DNA of 63,222 nt, the filler included, from Bonamia ostreae (lineage: Eukaryota): NCBI GenBank assembly GCA_040357525.1. It is 26 parts of 26 records of this genome, joined end to end, with 100 filler letters (N's around TTAATTAATTAA, not from the genome) between each part and the next. Parts side by side here need not be neighbours in the genome. Positions count along the whole stretch, not along the records: positions 39,088 to 41,417 come from JBDODL010000900.1; positions 41,518 to 43,846 come from JBDODL010000901.1; positions 43,947 to 46,273 come from JBDODL010000902.1; positions 46,374 to 48,699 come from JBDODL010000903.1; positions 48,800 to 51,123 come from JBDODL010000904.1; positions 51,224 to 53,547 come from JBDODL010000905.1; 20 more parts are not named here. The stretch is one strand, 5' to 3'. The notes beneath the pieces were generated by a model that had not been told where the DNA came from, searched no databases, and saw only the letters and a list, made by a program, of their open reading frames with translations. Both the position numbers and the translations under genes were made by a program. Positions within the stretch are counted from its first letter, which is position 1, and each line of letters starts with the position of its first letter. This document shows, piece after piece, positions 39,679 through 52,353 of this stretch.

Positions 39679-40809
39679 TCATGATGAATACAGCTGGACA
39701 GCGAATAAAACGGCTACAACTCCAGTCACAAAGAACAAACTTGGCGTGAAAAGATCGCGATAGTAATCAATTATAGCACAAACAACGATCGAAATCGAAA
39801 CAGCGAATGCTTTTAAAATGTTATCAGCGTACTTTATCACCAGCGAAACAACTAAACCGTTCATTACGTTGCAGGCGATGCTCAGCACAGTGAACAAATT
39901 AAAGTTCCGCAGCATGTTTTCGCCACTAGAAAAAACATGAAATGCCAAAAGAAATATTACAGCGAAAAGGCTCATATCGACATTTCTCTCCCAAAGCAAG
40001 ATATTTGAAGACTTTAAAGTTTTCTCGAAGAAGACTCCGGCAAATCCAGATGTCGTCGACGCTGCCAAACCAGTCCATAATCCTATCGCAAAGTTTTTTT
40101 CCCGCCCTTTTTATGCAATTTTAAATATTTGAAAAATCATTGTATTAAAAAGATTTTACCATTTTGGGAACTGACGCCACTTTTGCTTAAACTGTAGTCG
40201 ATTTGGACGATGGAAATTCCAAAGACCAATATAAAAATGGCCAGCCATCTTTTTCTGCCGAGGAAAGATTTGAGAATGAGAACAGAGAAAACAGCTGCGG
40301 ACAGAATTTTCATCTGGTTTAAAACTTGGAAAATGGCTGATTCGAGATTTTTGACGGAAATGTAGACCAGAATGTTTTGAACAGCGTAAATGAATGCGAT
40401 CAACATAATTTTTAATTTTTCGCGGGGATTTTGAGTAAATGAAAATATTGTTTCTATTTTTTAACAACGATAAAATTTGAAAATTTTTGCTGGTTTTTGG
40501 AAAACCTTTAAAAGACTGTTTTCTGTTAAGAATAACAAAAGAAATAACAAATTTCGATAATTCTGTGATCAAAACGGCCGAATTTACGTTGTAATTCGTT
40601 TTGAAACTTTCTCTTACGACTAAAACTGTAATTGTATTGAATGCAAAAAGAAGAAAAAGTAAAGTTAGTTTAAAGCGAAGCGATATTTCATTTTTCTCCT
40701 TTAATATTAATTCATTTTCTTCGTTATTTTCTATATTTTGTTGTTTTTGTCGGCTTTTCAAGAATAACTTTTTAATTGCTATGTAATATTGTTTCGAACC
40801 GTTTGCCAT
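39679..40809 (-). CDS. Nucleotide-sugar transporter, SLC35A family
   Basis: IYAVQN, FQVLNQMKILSAAVFS, SGFAGVFFEK, VIKYADNILKAFA; two introns. Confidence 0.93.
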
Positions 40810-41517
40810 TTTTTAAACAAGTTAATAACTTTTGATATTTTTGAATTCGAAAATTTGCGTTTTTTATTTTATTTTTGGCACAGATTTGTCAATTTTTAGT
40901 TCAATAATATCGCCTTCGTTTAAGATCTTTTCGAAGTTGATCCATTTTCGTTCACTCTCAAATCATCAGCAAATTGCGAGAAATTGAAGAAGCCGCATAA
41001 TTGTTGATCCCATTATTGAAATCAAAATACTAATCTCTATCTAGAATGTGTCAGATGTTGTCGTTTCCAAACATACATTTCAAGGAGGGATTTAATAACT
41101 GGCTCGAAATAGAACCAATAACCACAAAAGCAGAATTCACAAAAAATGTTACATTGCTCGAAAGAAACTGGCTAAAACAATATTCAAAGATTTCATTTTT
41201 CAAAAAATGAAATCGCTCTGCCTTGTTGTTTGGGGGCAGCTCCCGATAAACCCATCTGCTCTCTGTTGAACATTTGGCATAAAAGCCAAGCCAACTATGA
41301 GTTTTTAAGATATCGGTTCGAACAAAAAACTTAATAAAAAATAAATCAAAAATGAGTGGACTTTACAAAATAGAAAAATCAATGTTTGAAAAGTTGTGGA
41401 ATACTGCATATAGACCANNNNNNNNNNNNNNNNNNNNNNNNNNNNNNNNNNNNNNNNNNNNTTAATTAATTAANNNNNNNNNNNNNNNNNNNNNNNNNNN
41501 NNNNNNNNNNNNNNNNN

Positions 41518-43846
41518 GATCCCAACTCTAGTATGTCCAGTGCCGTGTTTGTCCACCTTCTTATTTTATATTTCTGCAAACCTTAGTATTTCAGTATCAA
41601 TGAATCTATAATATATCTCTTTACTACTCTCACTACCTCCTGATGGAAAGGAGAAGTGATCAATCTCATAATTCCTACACTAGCTAGTGAAAGAGTGTAG
41701 GTAGAAATTTTCAAGACACCTTATTAACAAGAGTATCATAGTATATAATGTGTCCAGGGATCTTTGCCTGTTACACGCTTAATTGTGTATTCCCTAAAGG
41801 AAATATGAAAATACTCACTATTCGATATTTTTACCTTTTCATTAAGAATGTGATAACTTTCCCCATTGACAATTCTAAGATACTCTTGTAAATGATTACC
41901 TAGAAGGAGCAAGTATCGCCTATCGAACGGTCAAACTTGCCGTGAACCCTCTATCCCGATAAGTAAAAGGAGCAATGCATAGTAAAATTCAGTAGGTAAA
42001 GCGCGGCCTAACAATTGATATAAAACACTTTATACTTTAGACAGTACTCGGCTTAACGACAAGTTGTATTTTCAAGTAAGATCATTATAACGACCGTACA
42101 ATCTGCAATATATGAAATCAAACGATTGATCGATTGATTGTACTCGCAGAACATGTTCTCGTGCATATAATCAGTTGAGACATAAATACCAAATTTAGGT
42201 GATTATATAATATTATGGAATATTGATGTAAGAAATATATGTAACGTCTACTTGAGAGAGCTTGTACGTATACGCAAAAAGATGTTTTGGATGACGGATC
42301 ACAAGATATGAAGTCTTCCGTATTCCATTTGTTTTAACACAACAGCTATATGTGAAGTCAAAATTCAATACAGTTAAGCTTCCAGTAAGGAGCATGGCTT
42401 AACCTATGCAAGAATGTGTATTATGACATGACGCAAAAACAACAACAGAAATTAGCAACCCTTTAAAATGCAATGAAATAAAATAATTAATGTTTCTAAA
42501 CTGGCCGGAGGTATAACACTATACGAAAACTTAATATTAATTTTTTTTATCGTTAATGTAATCCGACACCTTAAGAAAATTGATGGCGATGTACTTATTA
42601 TCATGACGTCATTATGTTGACTCATTTCATTTGCAGTAAGTGGCGGGTCTACTGTTTTTTGTTCTTAATGAAACTATATTTTACCAATAAATAGAAAACT
42701 GTTTGCAGATATTCAAAACACTATTTATTTGAGAAAGATGTCTACCTTATTAGTTAACCAAAATATTTCTATTTACCCCGTAGGTACGCATTAATCTTGT
42801 ATTTATAGATAACGGGACATACCATGAATACATGATAATGAGTTTGAAAAGTACTGCAGACCTGACGAAATCTTAGAAATAAATTCTTTATCTCAAATAA
42901 AATACACTTGACCAGTAAGAAATTGTAAACCTTAAAAATGGAAAGATAAAACTGGAAAATTTCAGCTCAAATCGTGTTAATGCTCCTTAAACAATTACAA
43001 ACGGAAAACTGTTGAACTCCGCGGCATTTTTCATGCTTTACAGATGTTATTTAAAACATTTATGAATAAAAGTTTTGTTTTGAATTTCAATCTTGTCATG
43101 CCTTTACAATATCGCAGGTATATTTTAAAAAAAAATTACACTTAATCACGCGACCAGTCTAGATATAAAATATAATCTCCTGAATATGTATGTTTAGTCC
43201 ATCATAGTTTGGTCCATTATGAGGAAAGTTCCAAGATGTCCATTTGTTCTGATAAATGATGTTTTTCAATTGCATCTAGGTGAAATTTGTATTAGCAATC
43301 TTACCTGTACAACCAATTCCTATTGTTATCAATCATTGTGAGAAAGGTCGTACAAAGTGTTGAAAAATGAGGCAGTTCGATATTGATTTTGGAGATGCTT
43401 TGTAATTTGAAATTGATAAAGGTTCTCGTAATTTTGATATACCTCATATACTATTTATCCATTCGGACATGGTGTCAAGTTTTTTTTTCTTTTTCATAGT
43501 TTGCTCACCAACAGATAATCTTCCACATAATTCATAATACATGTAGAACGGAAGTTTTATTGGAAATTGAAAAATCGGAGCACTCTGAATTTAGGACCTA
43601 TTTAGAATAATCGACTTTAGGTCGTCATTTTCAATTCTATCGACATCAACAGCAATGACATTTCCAGCTGTGTTATAGTTGGGAAAAAAAAAAGAGCATG
43701 TAGTGCATTGATAAACGATATTCTACATCTAGGCATTGTAAAGTATGTTGAAAATTAAAATATATTGATGCTATAGCAGACGTATATTCTTAGCAAATAC
43801 AGAGTGCATACTTTAACACAAAATATGATGTCATGCAGGACTAAAC
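41518..43846. other. Gene-less contig, probable host/animal DNA
   Basis: No coding structure; degenerate repeat fragments. Confidence 0.65.
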
Positions 43847-43946
43847 NNNNNNNNNNNNNNNNNNNNNNNNNNNNNNNNNNNNNNNNNNNNTTAATTAATT
43901 AANNNNNNNNNNNNNNNNNNNNNNNNNNNNNNNNNNNNNNNNNNNN

Positions 43947-46273
43947 TTCTTTATAAATAGGAACCCGTACAGAGGAGGTAAACAAGTAATATAGTTACCA
44001 TCTTCCTAGTGAACTCTGACAAGCATCGCTCTAACAATTGAACGTTTATTTTCAAACTGTCAATCAAATACAAATGTATTAAAAGTCGCACAGAGGTTGC
44101 AAGGAAAAGAAGAAACGACCAGATTAACGTCTCTGTAGACGCTCTGTAGGAGGATCGCTGGCCAAATGTAAACTATCCTTTATGAATAAACTACCCTTAA
44201 ATTGGTCCATGATCCTTACCAAGAAATTCACAGTCTTCGAAAACAACAGATGATGAAACTTTTTATAAATTTTATTTAATCTTGAATACAGGAATAAAAT
44301 AACAAAAATACATGGGTGATAATTTTACGGAACACTTCTAGTATACCGGTTAACAAAAGCGGTTTAATATATACTGGCATATACACGATCGGTAAAATCG
44401 TTAAAAAGGTAAAAATAAAACAAGAAGAAAAAAAATCTCAAATGTGAGCCCAAATACGAATTCTTAGTGTAAAATGAAGTTAAAAAATTGCAGTTTTTGA
44501 TAAATCGAAATAGAAACAGAATGAAAAAAAACCCATACAGTTTATGTTCCAAAATCGATAGAATTTATTGTATAGGAATTTGTTTATGTGTGCGATAAAA
44601 ACAAAAACAAAAATCCCCCAAACTTTGGCTATTGATCTAAATTATAGTTTTTATTTTATTTTGATAATTTTTAAGGTATTAGATTTTATGTCATACTGTC
44701 ATTTANNNNNNNNNNTGCACTCATCTTCTTACCGAGGCAAGAGGAACATAACTGCTTATGCATAGTCGCGTGTTATAGAGGACCAGTATACTAGGAATTT
44801 TCCGAATTTACATAAAGTGAAACATTAATCAAGTCAATACATTCCATGATGTATGCAACTACATGTAGTCTGATTTTTGTGTCAATATCAATATTATAAG
44901 TTATTATCAATATACTATTTGGAATTTTTATGTTTATTTGTTTTACGTCCTTAGATAATGATTAACTTACACTGATATTGAAAATTCACCAGCTGTAATT
45001 GAAATACCATAAACTTAGGATCGTTGCAGTGAGAGTTCTTAATTGTGCCATGGGCGTCCTTTTTCAAGGCCTATCGGAAAATCGTGACTCTAACTTCCAA
45101 ATACAAAGCGTTTGGCGTTGACATCATCACTACTTATGCTTATATTTAAGGTTTTTCGCAACCGGTGTCGAAGTTAACACTCTAAGCACTAAGTTGCAAC
45201 AACCAGAGAGAAATGAAAATAATAACACCTCAAAATTTTATTCTTACGAAGAGAACATCCATGATATTCTTTGGTACATGTATACATCCAAGGGTAAATC
45301 AAGCGTATTCCATTTTTCTTTTGGTGATCGTTTCGTAACCGGAAAGTCGTCAGTTCGAACCCAGTTTATATCATGGCGATGCCAAATCTAAGACATAAAA
45401 TTTGAGAAGGTAGTGATTGTTCCATCGCCAAGTGTTCGTCATTTGGAAGTGAGAATCGTGACCTTTAAAACGGAGGTCAAATGTCGTAGCTGATTCGCTA
45501 AAGAACCCCACTGAAGTATGATAACATCTCAGTACGAGTAAAACATTGTTGACTGGACGTAAAACAAACAACATTATTTTCTTTAATACCTTTTCACTTC
45601 ATTCTTGTCCAATTTTGGATTTGAAAAATAGATATCTCACCTTTTTATATTTAGTTAAGAAAAAATGAAAATACATATATAAATCATGTATGGATGTGGA
45701 TAAATTATGAGTGATGTGTCAAAAATGAGACAAACATTCTACATCTAAATAAATTTAAATCATATCATATTCAAATAGCATAAACAACCGTTTAACTGCC
45801 CACGGAATAACTTTGTTCCAAATGACATATGGTAAAATTTTATTGTCCCATATTATGCAATGACCAAATATTACATTCTTACGAATCGTGTGCTTAATAC
45901 CGACATAAAAGGGCAAAGACAATGAGGATTAATCAAATTCATAATACAGTAAGATCAGAGTAATCACCCCCTATCATTTTGTCGACTGAAACTTTGACTT
46001 TACTTGTTTTACTTCTATGAAAATCAACCCCATATTGACCTTAATATAGCCCTGAGGTGAATCGCATAAGGAACATGACATCCCAACTTCAGAGATATGT
46101 CCAACATCATTTGGTAAATCATTGTCTTGTTCTATATTCTGCTATGATATATCCACCCCAGTATTGTAATTTTTACTTGGAGCAATGGATTGATTTGACA
46201 TATATCTCAGTAAACTCGAAATAAAGGACAAAACAGACTCTACCATACCTGTTTCATATTTAGTTATTTTATT
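43947..46273. other. Gene-less contig, probable host/animal DNA
   Basis: No coding structure. Confidence 0.65.
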
Positions 46274-46373
46274 NNNNNNNNNNNNNNNNNNNNNNNNNNN
46301 NNNNNNNNNNNNNNNNNTTAATTAATTAANNNNNNNNNNNNNNNNNNNNNNNNNNNNNNNNNNNNNNNNNNNN

Positions 46374-48107
46374 GCCCTCTTTCACCAAACTTTGTAGTTT
46401 CTGCTTTTCCTTTTCAACTGACGGAATTCCGATTTTGCCAAATTTCGACAAATCACTTTTTCCACAAAAATATTTTTTCGATCTTTTAAACTTTTCTTCA
46501 AAGTTCTCCGAATTTATTCTTTTTGTTTCGATTTTTAACCAAATAATTGAAATTATTTACAAATCAAAATTAGCCAAAAAGCTAAATTTAACATTGTCGG
46601 ATTTGAAGAAGTGACATTTGTTTTCCAAATATTTTCAAGAACCAAATTCCCCATTAAAATCGGTTCTTCAATTGACTGCGACGGCCAAACTTTGAAAAGA
46701 TAATCGTTCGGATCTTTCTTTAAGATCGTCTTTAATTTTGGTTTTTGTCTAATTTTTTTAAATTTAGCTTTTTTAAATTTTACTTTTCAGAAAGATTTTC
46801 TTTTTTGTTTCCGAAAGACGGAATTTTGACGGTTTTGAAATTTAGCCAATTTTTATTTCGGTCGATAATCATTTTTATCATTATAATTTTATCTTTTTAA
46901 ACAGAAAATTAACATTCGTCAAAATTATTTTTTTAAACAAAAAATTAAATTTTCTCAAAATTTCTAACTTGGAAATTTTTGTTCCAATAATTTTATCAAT
47001 CTCAGATTCAAATTTTTTATTTTATCTTTCGAACTTTTTCCAAATCTCAATTTAAATTTTTCCTTTAAAATTTGCAAAAATTAAATTTTGCAAAAATCAA
47101 AATTTGCAAATTTGCAAAAAAAAACATTTAAAAATTGCAGAAAAATCAGAATTTGCGTCAAAAAGATGCAACTTTGTCTAGAATCCTCAAAAACGGTTTC
47201 GAAGACGTCGTACGAATTCAAAAGTTGCGAAAAAGAAAGTTCGGATGAAATTTGCGACTAAAACTTAATTTCAACAAAACGTTCAAAAAGTCGTTTTTGT
47301 CTTTTCCAAACAATAAATTTTTGTTCAAAAGAAAATATTCGACATTTTGGCTAAAGTTGTCGATCGATTTGCTATTTAACAAATCATAAGGATTTTCCAT
47401 GTAATTTTGCAAATTATTAAAATTTTTGGCAAAATCGCTTTTCTTTTGTTTACGAAAAATTTGTTTAAAAACATTTTTCAAATTTATTTTGAAATTTTTT
47501 TTTGTGATATTTTGGCTAAATTTGTTTTTAGTAAAAATATTTTGGCTAAATATTGAAATTCGATTTTTTAGATCAGCTTCAAAAGATGGCAAAAGTCGTT
47601 GATTTATCAATTTGCAGATTTTTTGTAATTTTAAATTACTTTTTTCGTTTTTTCCAATCAACTTTTTTTATAAAAAGCTAAATTTTAGCAAAATTAAATT
47701 TACAGAATTTTTTAAAATCGAAAATTTGTAATTTTAAATATTTTTTTAGTTTTTATTTGGAACTGATTTTATCAAGCTTTTATGTTTTTCCAATATTTTG
47801 AAAAGTTCTTCGATCAAATTGCAATTTATTTCTGTGAACAAATCTTCGAAAAGACAGAAAGTTGTGAAAACGGGATAAAATCTCTTTAAAATTGACTTTT
47901 TTAAAGATAACTTTTTGGTTAAATTTTAAAGATTTTTCAAGAAAATTTGCTGTTTTTTCGATTCTGTTTTCGTTTTTATTCAATTTATCGATAAATTCTT
48001 TTTCAAAGTAATTTCTGATTTTTCTGTTAAATTTTGTCTCTTCGTTTGGTTTTACTGCTTCTTTTAAGCTTTTCTTTATTTTTTAATTAAAAAACGAAAA
48101 AGCCCAT
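46374..48107 (-). CDS. Hypothetical multi-exon protein, 3' truncated
   Basis: MGFF, 22-nt intron 48074-48095, then KSLKEAVKP... and further exons. Confidence 0.55.
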
Positions 48108-48306
48108 TTATTAAAAAAGCTAAAAGTTAACGGATTTATTTAAAAGGTTTTCTTATGTTTTATAAATTTTTTAAGTTTAGTTACCATATTCCAAATTTTG
48201 ACATCGAACTTAATCACAAAATCAAATTTTTAAAGCTTCGAAATTTTGCTAAGTTTACAAAATTAGATTTGCTAAATTAATTATATTCCAAATTTATAAT
48301 AATACA

Positions 48307-48618
48307 ATGTCGAATTTTTATCCAAACAGAATGGTGCCGAACTATCCAAATCAGTATCCGCAAAATTCTTTCAGCGGAAACAATAATTTTCCGAATCAGT
48401 TCGGAGCGCGATATCCGCCGCAAATGCCTTTTATGCCCAGCGAACCTTTTTCGAGTGCTAAAAATCCTTTGAGCGCAGTATTAACGAAATTTATCGCGAC
48501 ACATAAAGACGTTTGTCGGGTCGGAGTGTTCAGTAAAGATGGCACATTAGCTGCGACGGGATCTTCTGACACATCGATCAAATTGCTGGATGTTTCAAAG
48601 ATGCATTTTCATAATCAG
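48307..48618 (+). CDS. CSTF1: Cleavage stimulation factor 50 kDa subunit, first exon
   Basis: FIATHKDVCRVGVFSKDGTLAATGSSDTSIKLLDVSKM matches the first WD40 repeat of CstF-50. Confidence 0.8.
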
Positions 48619-48803
48619 GTTATTTCTTGAATTGTTGATTTCCATATTTAACTCGACAAAAACAACAATTTTTCGAAAACAACAAATTTCCTTTCATAGN
48701 NNNNNNNNNNNNNNNNNNNNNNNNNNNNNNNNNNNNNNNNNNNTTAATTAATTAANNNNNNNNNNNNNNNNNNNNNNNNNNNNNNNNNNNNNNNNNNNNT
48801 ACT

Positions 48804-49907
48804 TCACTTCCGATACTTAATAGCTTCGTTCGCTATCCACATGAAAAAGCTGATTTTCTTCACCGACTGCGTCGAAATCTCGCGATGGCGCAGCCCCATC
48901 TGCCAAAGCATCTCCAACAAGTTCACCGCGAAAACCGCCTTCCTGCTAAGCCGCAGCCCTTTCTCTTTCTCCAAAATCCGCTCGGCCGCCAACAGCGTCC
49001 GCCGGAAATACAAATTTCGGAAGCGAGTTTCCAAAAACGCTTCGTGCGGCATTTTCTCGCGCTGCTCTGCGCTCAGAACGTGCGCTTTGTTGAGACAAAA
49101 CATCGAATAGATCTTCTCTGCCCACCTTCTCTCCATCAGATCGGCGACATCGCCGTCCATCTGCAACTCGATTTCTAAGAAGACGCGCGCGGCCGTTTCG
49201 ACGGAGAACCTTTTCTCCGAGCGCGAGCAAACAGAGCGGAGACGCTTTGTCCCGGCCGCGTCCGCGCTGAAGTCGACGACTCTGCAGGGTTGGATGGCTT
49301 CCCAGCGCAGATCCTTCATGAACTTGCAAAAGAAGTGCTTTGCGTCCGGCGTCAATGGCCGGCGAAGCAGTGATTTGGAAACGAAGATTTCAAATTTGTC
49401 GCTCGAAGTCGATTTTTGCAGATTTTGGCTCGCTTTCAGCAGATTTTGGCTGTTTCCGACAAAATTTTTCAAACTTTTGGCTTTTTTGTCGATTTCCCGG
49501 TTGTTTTGAACAAAAATTTTGCTTTTCGCTGATTTTCTTAAAAAGGAACTTTGCCCTTTTTTCGAAGCGGTTTTGGTTGAAGTTTGACTGTTTTTGATTG
49601 TTTTTTTGGTTTTGTTTTGGCTTTTTGGTTTTACATGAATTTTTGATTTCTGTTCAAAAATTTTCTTATTCTGGAGTTGGCGACAAAAAGGATTTTCTAT
49701 TTTCTTGTGCGGACGGCCATTTTCACTCGAAAAAGCAGATTTTGTTTTTCTGTGAATATTTCCTTCTTTACTCGACAAATCCGCAGAACCGCCATTTAAA
49801 GTTTTTCGGCCGTTGTCGCGGTCTTTTCCGACCTTTTCTTCTGCCATTTTGAGTCTCATCACAGGATTTTGCATTTCGTAGAAGCTTCCAATCGAATGTC
49901 GCCACAA
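48804..49907 (-). CDS. Hypothetical protein (basic disordered N-terminus, helical C-terminus)
   Basis: 367-codon ORF; start probably ATG 49847 or an ATG just upstream. Confidence 0.65.
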   Translation of the reverse strand: MWRHSIGSFYEMQNPVMRLKMAEEKVGKDRDNGRKTLNGGSADLSSKEGNIHRKTKSAFSSENGRPHKKIENPFCRQLQNKKIFEQKSKIHVKPKSQNKTKKTIKNSQTSTKTASKKGQSSFLRKSAKSKIFVQNNREIDKKAKSLKNFVGNSQNLLKASQNLQKSTSSDKFEIFVSKSLLRRPLTPDAKHFFCKFMKDLRWEAIQPCRVVDFSADAAGTKRLRSVCSRSEKRFSVETAARVFLEIELQMDGDVADLMERRWAEKIYSMFCLNKAHVLSAEQREKMPHEAFLETRFRNLYFRRTLLAAERILEKEKGLRLSRKAVFAVNLLEMLWQMGLRHREISTQSVKKISFFMWIANEAIKYRK

Positions 49908-49964
49908 TTTTTACGTTTAGCAATTTACGTTTTGCTCAAATTTACAAAATATTTGGACAGTCGT

Positions 49965-50723
49965 TTATTCCCCGTTCTCGTTGGCTTTGTCGAGAGTTCT
50001 GCTTTCGGCCTCCGCCGAGCGCTCCTCGGCGGAGGACTGCTCGGCTGCCTCCTGCTGTTCAGCCACCTCCGTCGGCCGTTCTCCGTCTTCACCAAAGTCC
50101 TGCTGGCTCTCCGTCTGAGGATCCTTCTGCTCCTCCTCCGCGCCGGACCCGCTCATCGCCCTTTCTAGTTTCCCGACGCGTTTCTGGACTTCCTCGAGGA
50201 CGAAGTTGAGGCTGTCCACCTTCTTGTTGAGGTTCCCGACGAACTCCTGGAGGTTGAGGTCGGGCATCAGATAGTGGTGCGGGTAGTCCATTTTGATCAT
50301 CACGTGCTTGTTCTCGACAGGTGGTGGCGGCGGCGGAGGCGTTTCGATGGCCCCCTTCGCGTCGGCGAGGGAGAAGTTGTAGGGGTCGAAGTTCTGCTGC
50401 AACTTGTAGCGCGCGGCGGCTGCGGCCTTCTGCTCCTGGTCGACCGAGGCGCTCATCCGGGGACGCAGCACCTCCGACATTCTGCTGCTCTTGGGCTCGA
50501 AGGAGTCCGGCCGCAGGACGGAGGGGCTCTTGTCGTAGTTGGGCGGAGGAGGCGGCGTTTCGTGTACTTGGCTCTCCGCCTTTTGGTTTTCCGAGTCGTC
50601 GGGTTGGCCCATTTTTACAATCTTGTCTCCCGCCGGGTCTTCCGCCGAGATCCCGTGCAGCACTCGCATGCGTTTTCTCTTCCTTTCTGCAACTTTTAGT
50701 TACGTTGTGTTATTATTACCCAT
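49965..50723 (-). CDS. Proline-rich / coiled-coil hypothetical protein
   Basis: ATGG, 27-nt intron 50693-50719, then a long GC-rich exon. Confidence 0.7.
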
Positions 50724-50833
50724 GAAGCCCTGATTATTATTTAGTTGAAAGCTAATTTGCGAATTTTATATAATGATTTGTTAAGCTGAACGGAAGTTTA
50801 TTATATGAATCGCTATAAGCAGATTTTTGTTGT

Positions 50834-51054
50834 TTAAGATTTTAAGTCGATTAAATTTTGGAACAAACTTCTAATCGCGTCTGGAATGGCCTTGCAATGT
50901 TTTTTGTGCGATATTAGTTGGAACTCTGAAAAGGCTCTAAATGCGCAGAACTCGCATCGGAAGTAGTCCTTGTTGTGTGTCAAACAATGTCTGTCTCTGC
51001 CTTGTTTCGAGCAGAACGTCTTTGGACAGTGAGTACAAAAGAACGGCCTTTCTC
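50834..51054 (-). CDS. C2H2 zinc-finger protein, last exon
   Basis: GERPFFCTHCPKTFCSKQGRDRHCLTH...FRCEFC...LISHKKHC; absent from ORF track. Confidence 0.85.
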
Positions 51055-51223
51055 CTTTATTTTATTGTTTTGTTGCTTTGCCAAAACGGAGATTTTTTGT
51101 TTTAGAATATTTTAACAATTTTTNNNNNNNNNNNNNNNNNNNNNNNNNNNNNNNNNNNNNNNNNNNNTTAATTAATTAANNNNNNNNNNNNNNNNNNNNN
51201 NNNNNNNNNNNNNNNNNNNNNNN

Positions 51224-52035
51224 GACGCGGAGAACTTTGTGCGCCAGCTCTTAGTCACACCAAGCGATAGCTGCTATGTTTGCGTAGCCAAAGGCGGTTT
51301 GAACAAGTACCACCTTTTGATTTGTCCCAATAAACATCTAAATTCGGTGCAATGCTCTAAAAACGAGACCGTCAAAGAAGAAATCGAAAGGTTCTGATTT
51401 AAAATTTAGCTTTAAAAACTTGTTGAGAAAATCAGCGAAAAACATGAAAAAAGAAGTTTTGTTTTGGGGGAGAGTAAGTGACCCGGCGACTATAATAAAA
51501 AACCGTTTGCCGTTCAACAGCCATCATTCGTTCGTCGAAGCCATTTTTGTCGACAAAACGGAAAAGGACAAAATTTGTGAAAATTTTCTACAAAAGTGCA
51601 AAACCGCGAACTTGAAAATTTTGGTCGATGTTGAAATGACTAATTACCAAAATTTGCAAGTTTTTAGGGCCAAAAATCAATCTGTCAAATTTTCAAATTT
51701 TTATTTTCAAACTTTATTAATGTCCAAAAAAGCTTTATTTTTACGAAATAAAATTTGAGTAAATTTTATATTTCCATTTTTCGAATAATAGGAAAATATG
51801 AGCGCGCACATGTACATAGAAACCGAGAAGAGTAGATTGCATGTGAGCGAAATGCCGCGCGACTTCTCAAGAGGGGTGATTTTCATAAGGTTTGATGGCT
51901 AACTTTAGGGAGGTTGTTGTCGATTCGCTGGGACTGGGTCAAAGATTAGTTAATTGGAGATCTTGTGTTAGATCGGAACAAGAAGAATCTGAATATGTTG
52001 ATATGTGGAGGAGAATAGTTAGTTCTGTTGTTTAG
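51224..52035 (+). CDS. CWF19L1: CWF19L1/Drn1 (CwfJ domains), C-terminal part
   Basis: CYVCVAKGGLNKYHLLICPNKH...FIR|EVVVDSLG...NWRSC...EE; 19-nt intron 51890-51908. Confidence 0.85.
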
Positions 52036-52353
52036 GGACTTCATAAAATTTTTAAAATGGATTTAAAAATGAACAAAATATTATCAAAAATCAATATAAA
52101 AAACGATATTAATTTTACGTCAAAAATAATTGAAATGGTCATCAAAACATTGATAAAATAATTGGTAACTCAGATTTTACAAATATTCTTAAAGTTTAAT
52201 AAAATCTTTTTTATTATAGTTTTCAGGTTTGTGTTGAGAATACATCTTAATAAGTTTATTTTTTTCAATTTTTCTTATATCGGCAGTAGCTTAACAATCC
52301 AAATTTATCCAAATATCTCTGAATTCAACAAACTGAAAAACTTAAGCTTAAAA

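Noticed and set aside
50274-50733. Overlapping plus-strand ORFs here, and alternative-frame or antisense ORFs over eIF6 and the RdRP gene
   Set aside because: Shadow ORFs expected from GC-rich or biased coding sequence.
52162-52353. N-terminal hydrophobic extension of the RdRP ORF
   Set aside because: Starts at a non-ATG codon in AT-rich intergenic-like sequence; ATG 52354 has the AAAATG context seen at other genes.
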